Shown piece after piece: positions 1 through 10,923 of a stretch of DNA of 64,000 bases. The DNA lies in assembly GCA_963716255.1 (NCBI GenBank), contig OY970303.1, forward strand, positions 1,696,001 to 1,760,000. The letters run 5' to 3'. Source of the DNA: an uncultured Gemmatimonadales bacterium. Its GTDB lineage: Bacteria > Gemmatimonadota > Gemmatimonadetes > Longimicrobiales > Longimicrobiaceae. Made by a program: the position numbers and the translations under genes. Under the pieces are notes generated by a model. That model did not search any database and was not told the origin of the DNA. It saw only the letters and a program-made list of their open reading frames with translations. Position 1 is the stretch's first letter. Each line of letters opens with the position of its first letter.

Positions 1-2107
1 CGTACAGGTCGTAGTGCGTGTTGTCGCTCAGCTTGGGGTCGGTGGTGTCGATCCGCCCGTTCACCGTCTGCCCCATGGCGATGGACGCCGCCCCCGTGGG
101 CGTCCCCCCGGCGCCCTCCACCCGCAGCGTGTAGCCGCCGGTGGTGTTGGGGCGCAGCGAGTTGGCCTGGATGGCGTACGTGCCGGAGGCGTCCACCGTC
201 ACCTGGAGCCGCGAGTTGGTGCCGCCGGCCCCGTCGTCGTCCGAGTCCACCACCACGAACTCGCTCCCCTGCATGCGCCCGCCGCGCAGGTACGCGTCGA
301 AGTCGCTGGAGGTGAGCGTCACCAGGATCTGCTCGCCGGGACGCCCCTGGTACAGGTAGGTGTCCACGAACGACTGGTCCGACATCCGCGCGTCCGAAGT
401 TTCCAGCCGCCCGTTGACGCTTTCCCCGGCGCGGATGGTGTTGCCCCCCGTGCGCGAATCGGTGCGCGGCGCGCCGCCGGCGCGCTCCACGGCCAGGGTG
501 TAGCTCCCCGTCTTCCCGGCGCCCAGCGAGTTGGCGCGGACCACGTAGGTGCCGCTGCTCCCCACCGTGACCCGAACCTGCGAGTCGGTCCCGCCCGCGC
601 CGTCGTCGTCCGAACTCTCCGACGCGAAGCCCGTGCCGGTTCCCCGTCCCCACGCCAGGTAGGTGTCGAAGTCGCTCGAGCGCAGCGTGATGACCAGCTG
701 GTCGCCGGGGCGGCCGCTGTAGGTGTAGTCGTCGTAGTACGAGTTGTCGCCCATCTTGGGGTCGGACGCGTCCAGCCGCCCGCTCACCGTCTGCCCCGGG
801 GCGATGCTGCCCCCGCCGCTGTTGCCCTGCGGCCCGGGGCGGGGCGAGGGTGTGGGCTGCGGCGTGGGCGCGCCGGTCGCCGGCTGCACGGTCAGGGTGT
901 AGGGGCCGGTGACGTTGGGCGCCACCGAGTTGGCGCGGATCACGTAGGTGCCGCTGCTCCCCACCGCCACCGTGAGCTGCGAATCGGTGCCGCCCGCGCC
1001 GTCGTCGTCCGTCCCCTCCGACGTGAAGGTGCTCCCGCTGCGCGTCCCCCACGCCAGGAAGGTGTCGAAGGCGCCCGAGCGCATCGTGATGGTGATGCGC
1101 TCGCCCGGCCGCCCGCGGTACGTGTAGTCGTCGAAGTACGAGTTGTCGCTCATCTTGGGGTCGGACGCGTCCAGCCGTCCGCTCACCGTCTGCCCGGAGG
1201 CGATGCTGCCGCCGCCGCCCTGCGGTCCGGGCTGCGGCGTGGGCCCGGGCTGCGGCCCCGGTGTCGGCGCCGGCGCTGGCGCTGGCGCTGGCGCGCCGCC
1301 CGCCGGCTGCACGCTGAGCGTGTAGGCGCCGGTGATGTTGGGCGCCACCGAGTTGGCGCGGATCACGTACGTGCCGGCGCTTCCCACCGTCACCGTGAGC
1401 CGCGAGTCGGTGCCGCCCGCGCCGTCGTCGTCCGTCCCTTCCGACGTGAAGGTGCTCCCGCTGCGCGTCCCCCACGCCAGGAAGGTGTCGAAGGCGCCCG
1501 AGCGCAGCGTGATGGTGATGCGCTCGCCCGGCCGTCCGCGGTACGTGTAGTCGTCGAAATACGAGTTGTCGGCCATCTTGGGGTCGGACGTGTCCAGCCG
1601 CCCGTTCACCGTCTGCCCGGAGGCGATGCTGCCGCCGCCGCCCTGCGGTCCGGGCTGCGGCGTGGGCCCGGGCTGCGGCGCCGGCCCCGGCACCCCGCCC
1701 GCCAGCTGCACGCTGAGGGTGTAGGCGCCGGTGGTGTTGGGCGCCACCGAGTTGGCGCGGATCACGTACGTGCCCGCGCTCCCCACCGTCACCGTCAGCT
1801 GCGAATCGGTGCCGCCGGCGCCGTCGTCGTCCGAGCCCTCCGAGCGAAAGCCCGTCGCGCCCCCCTGCCCCCAGGCGAGGAAGGTGTCGAACTCGCGCGA
1901 GCGCAGGGTGATCGTGATGCGCTCGCCCGCCCGCCCGCGGTAGGTGTACTCGTCGTAGTGCGAGTTGTCCGACATCTTGGGGTCGGACGTATCCAGGCGG
2001 CCGTTCACCGTCTGGCCTGCGGAGATGCTCTGCGCGGCGGCGCCGCCGGGGGCCGCGGCGAACAGCGCCGCGGCGAGGAGTGCGGGTGGGGCGAATCTCG
2101 CGATCAT
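1..2107 (-). CDS. Secreted protein with at least 6 tandem PPC-like (pre-peptidase C-terminal) repeats; 3' end runs off the window
   Basis: Not in the ORF track because no stop lies in the window. Manual translation from ATG 2107 gives MIARFAPPALLAAALFAAAPGGAAAQ (signal peptide), then repeated units GQTVNGRLDTSDPKMxDNSYxDxYTYRG...FDTFL...DDDGAGGTDS...GTYVIRANS...GAYTLSV joined by Pro/Gln linkers. Confidence 0.8.
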   Translation of the reverse strand, partial: MIARFAPPALLAAALFAAAPGGAAAQSISAGQTVNGRLDTSDPKMSDNSHYDEYTYRGRAGERITITLRSREFDTFLAWGQGGATGFRSEGSDDDGAGGTDSQLTVTVGSAGTYVIRANSVAPNTTGAYTLSVQLAGGVPGPAPQPGPTPQPGPQGGGGSIASGQTVNGRLDTSDPKMADNSYFDDYTYRGRPGERITITLRSGAFDTFLAWGTRSGSTFTSEGTDDDGAGGTDSRLTVTVGSAGTYVIRANSVAPNITGAYTLSVQPAGGAPAPAPAPAPTPGPQPGPTPQPGPQGGGGSIASGQTVSGRLDASDPKMSDNSYFDDYTYRGRPGERITITMRSGAFDTFLAWGTRSGSTFTSEGTDDDGAGGTDSQLTVAVGSSGTYVIRANSVAPNVTGPYTLTVQPATGAPTPQPTPSPRPGPQGNSGGGSIAPGQTVSGRLDASDPKMGDNSYYDDYTYSGRPGDQLVITLRSSDFDTYLAWGRGTGTGFASESSDDDGAGGTDSQVRVTVGSSGTYVVRANSLGAGKTGSYTLAVERAGGAPRTDSRTGGNTIRAGESVNGRLETSDARMSDQSFVDTYLYQGRPGEQILVTLTSSDFDAYLRGGRMQGSEFVVVDSDDDGAGGTNSRLQVTVDASGTYAIQANSLRPNTTGGYTLRVEGAGGTPTGAASIAMGQTVNGRIDTTDPKLSDNTHYDLY

Positions 2108-2327
2108 GGCCGGAGGGAAGAGGGAAAAGTTGCGGACGCATCCCGCACGGCCGGGTGGGCCAGCGCGGAGATCCTGGGCGGCAGATGGGTCGGGAACGGG
2201 CGGCGCCCGCCGGATGGCGGGCGCCGGATCCCGGCGGGCGGCGCGAAGTGCGGGCCCGCCGGAGCATCCGCGCCGGAGGGGCGCGGGCGGGGAACAGTTT
2301 ATCGTGCCGGGGCGCGGAAGGCCAGGC

Positions 2328-3512
2328 TTACGTTTCCTGGCGCTTCGCTCCCGCCGTCAGCCGCTCCAGGCTCGCCCCCCCGGAGGCGGCGCACACGTAC
2401 ACCCTGGGGTGCAGCCGGGTGGCGGTCTCGTAGCCGGCGGCCACTTCGCGCACGAAGCCGCCGACCGCCCCCGCCTCCACCAGCGCCACCGCGCACCCGC
2501 CGAAGCCGGCGCCGGTCATGCGCGCCCCGTGGCACCCCGGCCGGGCCTGGGCCAGCTCCACGATCACGTCCAGCTCGTGGCGCGACACCTCGAAGTCGTC
2601 GCGGAGGCTGGCGTGGCTGGCGTTCATCAGGCGCCCCATCGCCGCGGCGTCGCCGCGGGCCATCGCCTCCGCGGCCTCCAGGGTGCGCGCGTTCTCGGTG
2701 ACCACGTGGCGCGCGCGCCGCAGGGACACCGGGTCCATTTCCGCGGCGCGCGCTTCCAGGGTGGCCGCGTCCACGTCGCGCAGCGCCGGCACCCCGAAGA
2801 ACGCCGCCGCGGCCTCGCAGGCGGCGCGGCGCTCGTTGTACGCCGAGCCCACCAGCCCGCGCCGGGTGGAGGTGTCCAGGATCACCACCGCGGTTTCGGG
2901 GGGGAGCGGCACCGGCCGCGTCGCCAGCGAGCGGCAGTCGATCAGCAGCGCGTGCCCCTCCACCCCCGACGCCGAGATCATCGGGTCCATGATCCCGGAG
3001 TTCACCCCCACCCACTCGTTCTCCGCCCGCTGCCCCAGCAGCGCCATCTCCCGCGGCTCCCAGGCGAAGCCGGACGAGGCGAAAAAGGCGCGCGCCGTCG
3101 CCATCTCCACCGCGGCGCTGGAGGAAAGCCCCGCCCCCACCGGCACGTCACCGGCGGTGACGCCCTCCCAGCCCGCGAGCGCGTGGCCGCGCTCCTGGAG
3201 CGCCCACGCCACCCCGCGCACGTACTCGATCCATTCGCCGCCGCCGTCGCGGGCCAGGCCGTCCAGCTCGAACTCGCGCCGCGCGTCGAAGTACAGCGAG
3301 TACACGGACACGGTGCGGTCGCGGCGGGAGCGCCCGGCGACCCACACCCCACGGTCGATCGCCATGGGGAGCACGAAGCCGTCGTTGTAGTCGGTGTGCT
3401 CGCCGATCAGGTTGACCCGCCCCGGCGCGCGCGCCACCCACTCCGGCGGGCCCCCGAAGCACGCCTCGAACGCCCGCAGCAGGTTGGAGCGGAGATCGCC
3501 CTCGCCCGTCAT
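2328..3512 (-). CDS. galK: Galactokinase
   Basis: [24 protein letters not shown] and [11 protein letters not shown] motifs. The ATG overlaps the galE stop (ATGA). Confidence 0.95.
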   Translation of the reverse strand: MTGEGDLRSNLLRAFEACFGGPPEWVARAPGRVNLIGEHTDYNDGFVLPMAIDRGVWVAGRSRRDRTVSVYSLYFDARREFELDGLARDGGGEWIEYVRGVAWALQERGHALAGWEGVTAGDVPVGAGLSSSAAVEMATARAFFASSGFAWEPREMALLGQRAENEWVGVNSGIMDPMISASGVEGHALLIDCRSLATRPVPLPPETAVVILDTSTRRGLVGSAYNERRAACEAAAAFFGVPALRDVDAATLEARAAEMDPVSLRRARHVVTENARTLEAAEAMARGDAAAMGRLMNASHASLRDDFEVSRHELDVIVELAQARPGCHGARMTGAGFGGCAVALVEAGAVGGFVREVAAGYETATRLHPRVYVCAASGGASLERLTAGAKRQET

Positions 3513-4504
3513 GGTGCGGCGCTCCGGTCCGCGTAGCCGCGGGGGTGCGCCCGGTGCCAGGCCCAGGCGCTCTCGATGATGTCCTTCAGATCGGGGAAGC
3601 GCGGCGCCCACCCCAGCTCGCCGCGGATGCGGTCGCTCCCCGCCACCAGCGTCGCGGGGTCGCCGGGGCGCCGCGGCCCCACCTCCACCGGGATGGGGTG
3701 GCCGGTGACCGCGCGCGCCGTCTCGATCACCTCGCGCACGCTGAAGCCGGTGCCGTTCCCCAGGTTGTAGGTGCGGCTCCCGCCGTCCAGCGCGTGCAGC
3801 GCCAGCACGTGCGCCTGCGCCAGGTCGGACACGTGCACGTAGTCGCGCACGCAGGTGCCGTCCGGGGTGTCGTAGTCCTCGCCGAAGATGGTCACCGTTT
3901 CCCGCTGCCCCATCGCCACCTGGAGCACCAGGGGGATCAGGTGCGTTTCCGGGTCGTGGTCCTCGCCCAGCTCCGGGGACACGGCGCCCGCGGCGTTGAA
4001 GTAGCGGAGCGCCGCGTACCTCATCCCGAAGCGGTCGTCCATCCAGTGGAGCATGCGCTCCAGCAGGTACTTGGACTCGCCGTAAGGGCTCCCGGGGCGG
4101 ATGGGCGCGTCCGCCGGGATGGGGACCTCGTCCGGCAGCCCGAACAGGTTGGCGGTGGACGACAGGATGAAGCGCTTCACCCCGTGCTCCACGGCGCTCT
4201 CCAGCAGGTTCAGGCCGTTCCTGACGTTCTCGCCCAGGTACAGAAAGGGCTTCTCCATGGACTCGCCCACCAGCGTGCGCGAGGCGAAGTGGAGGATCCC
4301 TTCCGGGCGATGCTCCGCCAGCGCGCGGTCGATCGCGGACCGGTCGGCCAGGTCGCCCACCACCAGCGCCGCGGCGGGGTGCACCGCCTCGCGGTGCCCC
4401 TGCGACAGGTCGTCGAAGATCGTCACCTCGTCGCCCGCGGCCACCAGGTCCGCCACGGTGGCGCTGCCGATGTAGCCCGCACCCCCCGTCACCAGGACCC
4501 TCAT
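3509..4504 (-). CDS. galE: UDP-glucose 4-epimerase
   Basis: [28 protein letters not shown] and [11 protein letters not shown] motifs. ATGA overlap with galT. Confidence 0.95.
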   Translation of the reverse strand: MRVLVTGGAGYIGSATVADLVAAGDEVTIFDDLSQGHREAVHPAAALVVGDLADRSAIDRALAEHRPEGILHFASRTLVGESMEKPFLYLGENVRNGLNLLESAVEHGVKRFILSSTANLFGLPDEVPIPADAPIRPGSPYGESKYLLERMLHWMDDRFGMRYAALRYFNAAGAVSPELGEDHDPETHLIPLVLQVAMGQRETVTIFGEDYDTPDGTCVRDYVHVSDLAQAHVLALHALDGGSRTYNLGNGTGFSVREVIETARAVTGHPIPVEVGPRRPGDPATLVAGSDRIRGELGWAPRFPDLKDIIESAWAWHRAHPRGYADRSAAP

Positions 4505-5601
4505 GGAGCGCCCTCCCCCGGCCGTGTCTCCGGCAGGTCCCGCAGCCGCGCCGCGCTGCTCTCCGGGGTGACGTCGCGCTGCGGCTCGCCCAGCATCTCG
4601 TATCCCACCATGAATTTTTTCACCGTCGCCGAGCGGAGCAGCGGCGGAAGGAAGTGCATGTGAAGGTGCCACTCCGGGTGCGTCCGCCCGTCGGTGGGCG
4701 CCTGGTGCAGCCCGGCCGAGTAGGGGAACGGCACCTCGAAGAGGTGGTCGTAGCGGCGGGTGAGCCGCTGCACGATGTCGGCCAGCCCGTCGCGCTCGGC
4801 GTCGTCCAGGGCGAGCAGGTCGGGCACCGGGCGGCGGGGGAGCACCAGCGTCTCGAAGGGCCAGGTCGCCCAGTACGGCACCAGCGCCACCCAGGCGTCG
4901 TTGGCGCACACCACCCGCTCCTCGCGCTCCGTCTCCAGGCGAAGGTAGTCCGCCAGCAGCGTACGCCCGTGCCGCGCGAAGTGCGCGGCCTGCCGCTCGC
5001 CCTCGCGAGCGGGGATCAGCGGGACCGACGCCTGCGCCCAGATCTGCCCGTGGGGGTGCGGGTTGCTGGCCCCCATCGCCGCGCCCCTGTTCTCGAAGAC
5101 CTGCACGTGGCCGATCTCCGGCCGGCTCCCCAGGTCGGCGAGCTGCTCGGCCCACAGGTCCACCACCGCGCGCACCCCGGCCGCGTCCATCTCCGGGAGC
5201 GACAGGTCGTGCCGCGGCGAGAAGCAGATCACCCGGCAGATGCCGGGCTCCGCGCGGGCCACCAGGAGCCCGTCCACGTCCACGGCCGCCGCGGGCGCGT
5301 CCGGCTTCAGCGCGGCGAAGTCGTTGTCGAAGACGAAGGTGCCGGGGTACTCGGGGTTGCGCACCCCGCCCGCGCGCTCGTTCCCCGGGCACAGGTAGCA
5401 CCCGGGGTCGTGCTCCGGGCGCCGCTCCACCGCAGGGCGCTCCACCTCCCCCTGCCAGGGGCGCAGCGCCCGGTGCGGCGACACCAGCACCCACTCGCCG
5501 GAGAGCGGGTTCAGCCGGCGGTGCGGCGTCTCGGCGAGCGCCTCCGCGCCCGCAGCGCCTGGACCCGCCCGTGCGGAGGCGGGCGTCGGGGTCGATCGCA
5601 T
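4501..5601 (-). CDS. galT: Galactose-1-phosphate uridylyltransferase
   Basis: [27 protein letters not shown] and the SNPHPHGQ active site. Start is uncertain. Confidence 0.93.
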   Translation of the reverse strand: MRSTPTPASARAGPGAAGAEALAETPHRRLNPLSGEWVLVSPHRALRPWQGEVERPAVERRPEHDPGCYLCPGNERAGGVRNPEYPGTFVFDNDFAALKPDAPAAAVDVDGLLVARAEPGICRVICFSPRHDLSLPEMDAAGVRAVVDLWAEQLADLGSRPEIGHVQVFENRGAAMGASNPHPHGQIWAQASVPLIPAREGERQAAHFARHGRTLLADYLRLETEREERVVCANDAWVALVPYWATWPFETLVLPRRPVPDLLALDDAERDGLADIVQRLTRRYDHLFEVPFPYSAGLHQAPTDGRTHPEWHLHMHFLPPLLRSATVKKFMVGYEMLGEPQRDVTPESSAARLRDLPETRPGEGAP

Positions 5602-5856
5602 GTGTGCGAGCCTCGGATCCGTGTGAGCCGTGTGGGCCAACCGCGAGGGCCGGCCGCACACGGCGGACAACATGCGGGCCGGCCCGCGCGCGCGCCAGCA
5701 CGCGCGTTGCCCCCCCGGCGCTGAAGGAGCGGCCACGGGGCGCCTGCACGATCGGGGCCCCGGAGCTTGCCGCCGGACGGCGCGGGCTTCCTTTTTGAAG
5801 GCTCGCCGTCCGCGGCCCGGCGACGGGCACGATCCCAACCCCGGAGATCCCCGGAG

Positions 5857-6924
5857 ATGGCGGCAGCGAAGGAGGAGGCCGAGCGAGTCCCGTTCGGACG
5901 GCTCCCCACCGGCGAGGAGGTGGACGCGTGGGTGCTGCGGGGCGCGGGCGGGGTGGAGGCGCGCGTGGTCGGCTACGGCGGCGCCATCGTCTCGCTGCGC
6001 GCGCCGGACCGCGAGGGTCGCGTGGCCGACGTGGTGCTGGGCTACGACGACGTCCAGGGGTACGTGGACGGCCAGGCGTACTTCGGGGCGCTGATCGGGC
6101 GATACGCCAACCGCATCCGCGGGGGCCGCTTCCGGCTGGACGGGCGGGAGCACGCCCTTCCCGTCAACGACGGGCCCAACCACCTGCACGGCGGCCCGCT
6201 GGGCTTTCACAGGGCGCTCTGGAGCGTGGAGCCGCTGCACACCGCGGAGGGCGCCGGCCTGGCGCTGGCCCACGACAGCCCGGACGGCGACCAGGGATAC
6301 CCCGGCGCCGTGCGGGCCCGGGTCGCGTACCTGCTGACCGCGCGGGGCGACTTGGTGGTGGACTACCGCGCCACCAGCGACCGGCCCACCCCCGTCGGCT
6401 TCACGCAGCACAGCTACTTCAACCTCACCGGCGACCCGGCGCGCGACGTCCTGGACCACCGGCTGCGGCTGGAGGCGGACGGCTTCACCCCGGTGGACGG
6501 GACGCTGATCCCCACCGGCGAGACCGCCCCGGTGGCGGGAACGCCCTTCGACTTCCGCGAGCCCGCCGCCATGGGAGGGCGCATCGGCGCCGGCCACCCG
6601 CAGCTCGCGCGGGCGGGCGGGTACGACCACAACTTCGTGCTCCGCGGCGGCGGCCTGCGGCTCGCGGCCCGGGTGCACGAGCCCGGGTCCGGCCGCGTGC
6701 TGGAGGTGCACACCACCGAGCCGGGGATCCAGTTCTACTCCGGCAACTTCCTGGACGGCACCGACCGCGGAAAGGGCGGCGCCCGCTACGGCCGCCGCTG
6801 CGGCTTCTGCCTGGAGCCGCAGCACTTCCCCGACTCGCCCAACCAGCCGGCGTTCCCATCGGCGATCCTGCGGCCCGGCGAGTTCTACTCGTCGCGGACG
6901 GTGTACCGGTTCGGAGTCGAATAG
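5857..6924 (+). CDS. galM: Aldose 1-epimerase (galactose mutarotase)
   Basis: GRYANRI, NHLHGG, HSYFNL and [13 protein letters not shown] motifs. Confidence 0.93.
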   Translation: MAAAKEEAERVPFGRLPTGEEVDAWVLRGAGGVEARVVGYGGAIVSLRAPDREGRVADVVLGYDDVQGYVDGQAYFGALIGRYANRIRGGRFRLDGREHALPVNDGPNHLHGGPLGFHRALWSVEPLHTAEGAGLALAHDSPDGDQGYPGAVRARVAYLLTARGDLVVDYRATSDRPTPVGFTQHSYFNLTGDPARDVLDHRLRLEADGFTPVDGTLIPTGETAPVAGTPFDFREPAAMGGRIGAGHPQLARAGGYDHNFVLRGGGLRLAARVHEPGSGRVLEVHTTEPGIQFYSGNFLDGTDRGKGGARYGRRCGFCLEPQHFPDSPNQPAFPSAILRPGEFYSSRTVYRFGVE

Positions 6925-6925
6925 G

Positions 6926-7690
6926 ATGTCCCCGATCCAGAGAGAGAACGAGATGACGCACGACCTCCTGCTGCTCAGCAACTCGCAGGTGCACGGACGG
7001 GGCTACCTGGAGCACGCGCTTGCTGCGCTGCGCGACTTCCTGGACGGGCGCCGCTCCGTGCTGTTCGCGCCGTTCGCGCTGCGCGACCACGACGCCTACG
7101 TGGCGCGCATCGCGGATGCGCTGGCGCCGCTGGGCGTGAGCGTGCGCGGGCTGCACGCGGAAGCCGACCCCCTGGCCGCCGTCCGCGCGGCCGAGGTGCT
7201 GTACGTGGGCGGCGGCAACAGCTTCCGCCTGCTCAAGGCGCTCCGCGGCCGCGGGCTCGTGCGGGCCGTGCGGGAGCGCGTGGCGGCGGGGGAGATGGCG
7301 TACGTGGGCTCCAGCGCCGGCACCAACATGGCCTGCCCCACGCTCCGCACCACCAACGACATGCCCATCGTGCAGCCGGACGCGTTCGAGGCGTTCGCCC
7401 TGCTGCCCTTCCAGGTCAACCCGCACTACCTGGACGCCGACCCGGGCTCCACCCACATGGGCGAGACGCGCGCCCAGCGCATCGCCCAGTTCCTGGAGGA
7501 GAACGACGTCCCGGTGCTGGGGATGCGCGAAGGGGCCTGGCTGCGGCGGCGCGGCGGCCGGCTGGAGCTGGGCGGAGAGACGGGCGCGCTGCTCTTCCTG
7601 CGCGGCGAGGAGCCGCGCCCCTTCGAGGGCGGCGACGACCTGTCGTTCCTGCTGACGCTGCCCGCGCGCTTCGACGCCCCCTTGCCCTAG
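6926..7690 (+). CDS. pepE: Dipeptidase E (peptidase S51)
   Basis: [29 protein letters not shown] and HMGETR motifs. Start may be 6953. Confidence 0.9.
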   Translation: MSPIQRENEMTHDLLLLSNSQVHGRGYLEHALAALRDFLDGRRSVLFAPFALRDHDAYVARIADALAPLGVSVRGLHAEADPLAAVRAAEVLYVGGGNSFRLLKALRGRGLVRAVRERVAAGEMAYVGSSAGTNMACPTLRTTNDMPIVQPDAFEAFALLPFQVNPHYLDADPGSTHMGETRAQRIAQFLEENDVPVLGMREGAWLRRRGGRLELGGETGALLFLRGEEPRPFEGGDDLSFLLTLPARFDAPLP

Positions 7691-7831
7691 ACGCGCGAGG
7701 CCACGCGGAGCTCACCCCCGGCTCCGGGAGCCGCCGGCCGGGCGTGGCGCTTGCGTGCGGCCGCGTGTCCCCGCCGCGGGCGTGCTCGCGGCCCCGGCGC
7801 ACACGGACGTTGCAGCAGGAGAGGTACCACG

Positions 7832-8755
7832 GTGCGGAAGCGCAAGATCGGGTCGCTGGAGGTGTCGGTCGTCGGGGTGGGCTGCAACAACTTCGGGACG
7901 CGGATCGACGCCGCGGCCACGGCGGAGGTGGTGGGCGCGGCGCTGGACGCCGGCATCCGGTTCTTCGACACGGCCGACGTATACGGCAGGGGGCTGAGCG
8001 AGGAATACCTGGGCCGCGCCCTCGGCCCCCGGCGCGGCGAGGTGGTGATCGCCACCAAGTTCGGCGGCGCCATGGACGAGCAGCGGCGCGGCGCGCGGCC
8101 GGAGTACGTGCGGCGGGCCGCGGAGGACAGCCTGCGCCGCCTGGGGACCGATTACATCGACCTGTACCAGATCCACCGTCCGGACCCCGAGGTGCCCATC
8201 GCCGACACGCTCGGGGCGCTCGAAGAGCTTGTCCGGGCGGGCAAGGTGCGCGAGATCGGCTGCTCCAACTTCTCGGCGGAACAGCTCCGCGAGGCGGAGG
8301 CAGCGGCGCCCGGCGGAGCGCGGTTCGCGAGCGTGCAGAACGAGTACAGCCTGCTCCACCGCGAGCCCGAGGCGGAAGTGCTGCCGGAGTGCGAGCGCCT
8401 GGGCCTCGCCTTTCTCCCCTACTTCCCGCTCGCCAGCGGGCTGCTCACCGGCAAGTACCGCAGGGACCGGGCGGCGCCGCAGGGGACCCGCATCACCGAG
8501 GGCGGCTGGCGCGCGGACGTGCTCACGGACGCGAACCTGGAGCGCGTGGAGGGGCTGATCGGCTGGGCGGACAGCCGGGGGAGCACCGTGCTGGAGCTGG
8601 CGTTCTCCTGGCTCCTGGCGCGGCCGGCGGTGGCGTCGGTGATCGCGGGAGCCACCTCTCCCGGGCAGGTGCGGAGCAACGCCGCGGCGGCGGGGTGGAA
8701 GCTGACGGACGCGGAGCTCGCCGAGGTGGACGCGGTGCTGCGGAGCGGGGGGTGA
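7832..8755 (+). CDS. Aldo/keto reductase
   Basis: GVGCNNFG, FDTADVYG, DYIDLYQIH and IGCSNF motifs. GTG start follows an AGGAGAGG RBS. Confidence 0.9.
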   Translation: MRKRKIGSLEVSVVGVGCNNFGTRIDAAATAEVVGAALDAGIRFFDTADVYGRGLSEEYLGRALGPRRGEVVIATKFGGAMDEQRRGARPEYVRRAAEDSLRRLGTDYIDLYQIHRPDPEVPIADTLGALEELVRAGKVREIGCSNFSAEQLREAEAAAPGGARFASVQNEYSLLHREPEAEVLPECERLGLAFLPYFPLASGLLTGKYRRDRAAPQGTRITEGGWRADVLTDANLERVEGLIGWADSRGSTVLELAFSWLLARPAVASVIAGATSPGQVRSNAAAAGWKLTDAELAEVDAVLRSGG

Positions 8756-8761
8756 CGGCAG

Positions 8762-8984
8762 GCCCTCACCCGGCTCGCTTGAGGCTCGCCACCCTCTCCC
8801 AATTCCGGGAGAGGGGGCAACGGCTGGATGCCGAGGTCATGTCGGCAGTTGCGTGAGGGATTACGGCCCGAAGGGGCGAGACCGCGCGGCAGTTTGCGCG
8901 GTCTCGACTCCGTTGCAGACGGTCGTTTCGTCTGCTACGGAGCCGAAGCCCGACCCCGGCGCTAGCCGGGGGCACGCCCGGACC
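8762..8984. repeat. Composite palindromic repeat: module B (8762-8817) plus module A in reverse (8851-8984)
   Basis: Sequence matches the other intergenic copies. Confidence 0.9.
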
Positions 8985-9011
8985 TGCCTTTCGATCCGTT
9001 GTAACCGCCCC

Positions 9012-9782
9012 TCAGTTCCGCACCGGGTGCCCCCGCTCCGCCAGGAAGCGCCGCGCCTCCTCGATGGTGTGCTCCCCGAAGTGGAAGATGGACGCCGCCA
9101 GCACCGCGTGCGCCCCCGCCCCCAGCGCCTGGTCCAGGTGCTCCAGCGTCCCCGCGCCCCCGGAAGCGATCACCGGCACCGGCACCGCCCCCGACACCGC
9201 CCGCAGCAGCTCCAGGTCGTACCCCGCGCGCGTCCCGTCGCCGTCCATGCTGGTGAGCAGCACCTCCCCCGCGCCCAGCTCCACCACCCGCGCCGCCCAC
9301 TCCACCGCGTCGATCCCCGTGGGCGTGCGGCCCCCGTGCGTGAACACCTCCCAGCGCGGCGCCCCGCCCTGCTCCGGCACCCGGCGCGCGTCCACCGCCG
9401 CCACCACGCACTGCGAGCCGAAGTGGTCCGCCGCGCGCGAGATCAGCCCCGGGTCGCCGAGCGCCGCCGTGTTCACGGACACCTTGTCCGCCCCCGCCCC
9501 CAGCAGCGCGTGGAAGTCGTCGACGGAGCGCACCCCGCCGCCCACGGTCAGCGGGATGAACACCGCGTCCGCCGTGCGCCGGATCACGTCCAGCAGCGCC
9601 GGCCGCGCCTCGTGCGACGCCGTGATGTCCAGGAAGCACAGCTCGTCCGCGCGCTCGCGGTCGTAGCGCACCGCCTGCTCCACCGGGTCGCCCGCGTCGC
9701 GCAGCCCCTCGAAGCGGATCCCCTTCACCACGCGGCCGCCCTGCACGTCCAGGCAGGGGATGATGCGCTTGGCTAGGGCCAC
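9012..9782 (-). CDS. hisF: Imidazole glycerol phosphate synthase cyclase subunit
   Basis: [29 protein letters not shown] and LAASIFHFG motifs. Confidence 0.97.
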   Translation of the reverse strand: MALAKRIIPCLDVQGGRVVKGIRFEGLRDAGDPVEQAVRYDRERADELCFLDITASHEARPALLDVIRRTADAVFIPLTVGGGVRSVDDFHALLGAGADKVSVNTAALGDPGLISRAADHFGSQCVVAAVDARRVPEQGGAPRWEVFTHGGRTPTGIDAVEWAARVVELGAGEVLLTSMDGDGTRAGYDLELLRAVSGAVPVPVIASGGAGTLEHLDQALGAGAHAVLAASIFHFGEHTIEEARRFLAERGHPVRN

Positions 9783-10660
9783 GAGAGCCCCCGCAGCCGC
9801 CGCACCATCCCTTCCGTGAGCGCGCCGCCGTACACCCCCTCCACCGGGCCGCGCAGCACCAGCCCCCAGTCCTCGCGCACCGTCACGCGCAGCGTCCCGC
9901 CCGGCATCCTCACCTCCACATCACGCTCCGTCACCAGCCCGCGCCGCACCGCAGCCGCCGCCACCGCGCAGGCGCTGGAGCCCGAGGCCAGCGTTTCCCC
10001 CGCCCCGCGCTCCCACACCCACGCCTCCACCGCGCCCGGCCCCGCCACGCGCGCGAACTGCACGTTGGTCCCGCGCGCGAACGACGCGTGCGTGGAGATC
10101 TGCGGCGCGCGCCGGCGCATGTCCTCCTCGTCCACCACGTCCTCGAACACCACGCAGTGCGGGTTGCCGATGGAAACCGCCGTCACGTCCATGCGGTCGC
10201 CCGCGGCGAGCTCCAGCACCTCCGCGTCCGTGTCGCGGTCCGGGCCCGTCATCCCCACCGCCTCGCTGCGGAACACGGCCGTCCCCATCTCCACCTCCAC
10301 GTCCAGCACGCCCTCGTCCGTGGCGCCGTGGATCCGGAGCGTGACCACCCCGCCCGGCGTTTCCACCGTGAACGGCGTCCCCACGTGCACCGCGCCGTTC
10401 TCCAGCAGGTACGCCGCGAAGATGCGCAGCCCGTTGCCGCTCTTCTCCGCCTCCGAGCCGTCCGGGTTGAAGATGCGCACTCCGAACTCCGCCGCGTCCG
10501 CCGGCACGAACGCCAGGACGCCGTCCGAGCCCACGCCCGTGTGCCGGTCGCACAGCAGGCGGACCGCGGGCGGCGTCAGCGAGAAGGGGAGGCCGGCCAG
10601 CCGCAGGGCGATGTAGTCGTTCCCCAGGCCGTGGCCCTTGTAGAAGCTCACGCGTTCCAT
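9773..10660 (-). CDS. dapF: Diaminopimelate epimerase family protein (Ser/Ser active-site variant)
   Basis: [41 protein letters not shown] and [13 protein letters not shown] motifs. Confidence 0.85.
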   Translation of the reverse strand: MERVSFYKGHGLGNDYIALRLAGLPFSLTPPAVRLLCDRHTGVGSDGVLAFVPADAAEFGVRIFNPDGSEAEKSGNGLRIFAAYLLENGAVHVGTPFTVETPGGVVTLRIHGATDEGVLDVEVEMGTAVFRSEAVGMTGPDRDTDAEVLELAAGDRMDVTAVSIGNPHCVVFEDVVDEEDMRRRAPQISTHASFARGTNVQFARVAGPGAVEAWVWERGAGETLASGSSACAVAAAAVRRGLVTERDVEVRMPGGTLRVTVREDWGLVLRGPVEGVYGGALTEGMVRRLRGLSWP

Positions 10661-10720
10661 TGTGTTCCTTCCCGCTTTCCGGTTGAACTGCAACGGCGTT
10701 GAACGGCTCCTGAACGGCAG

Positions 10721-10923
10721 GGTTCGGGCGTGCCCCCGGCTGTCGCCGGGGTCGGGCTTCGGCTCCGTAAGCCCGCAAACAACGCGGGCTAACGGAGTCG
10801 AGCCCGCGCAAACAGCCGCGCGGTCTCGCCCCTCCGGGCCGAAATCCCTCACGCGTGCCTCGCGCTGGCGTCCGCCGGGGGCCCCCACCCGGCTCGCTTA
10901 GGCTCGCACGGCTTGCCCCCTAT
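10721..10923. repeat. Module A (forward) plus tail plus B-like module; interrupted by the IS and resuming at 12310-12440
   Basis: Matches the other copies. An uninterrupted equivalent junction is at ~55950-55990. Confidence 0.85.

Noticed and set aside
14..2701. 895-aa plus-strand ORF and the many other long Arg/Pro/Gly-rich ORFs in the track
   Set aside because: These are shadow frames of GC-rich genes. The real genes with recognisable motifs lie in other frames or on the other strand.
2328..6924. gal cluster as a novelty
   Set aside because: Ordinary Leloir pathway genes.
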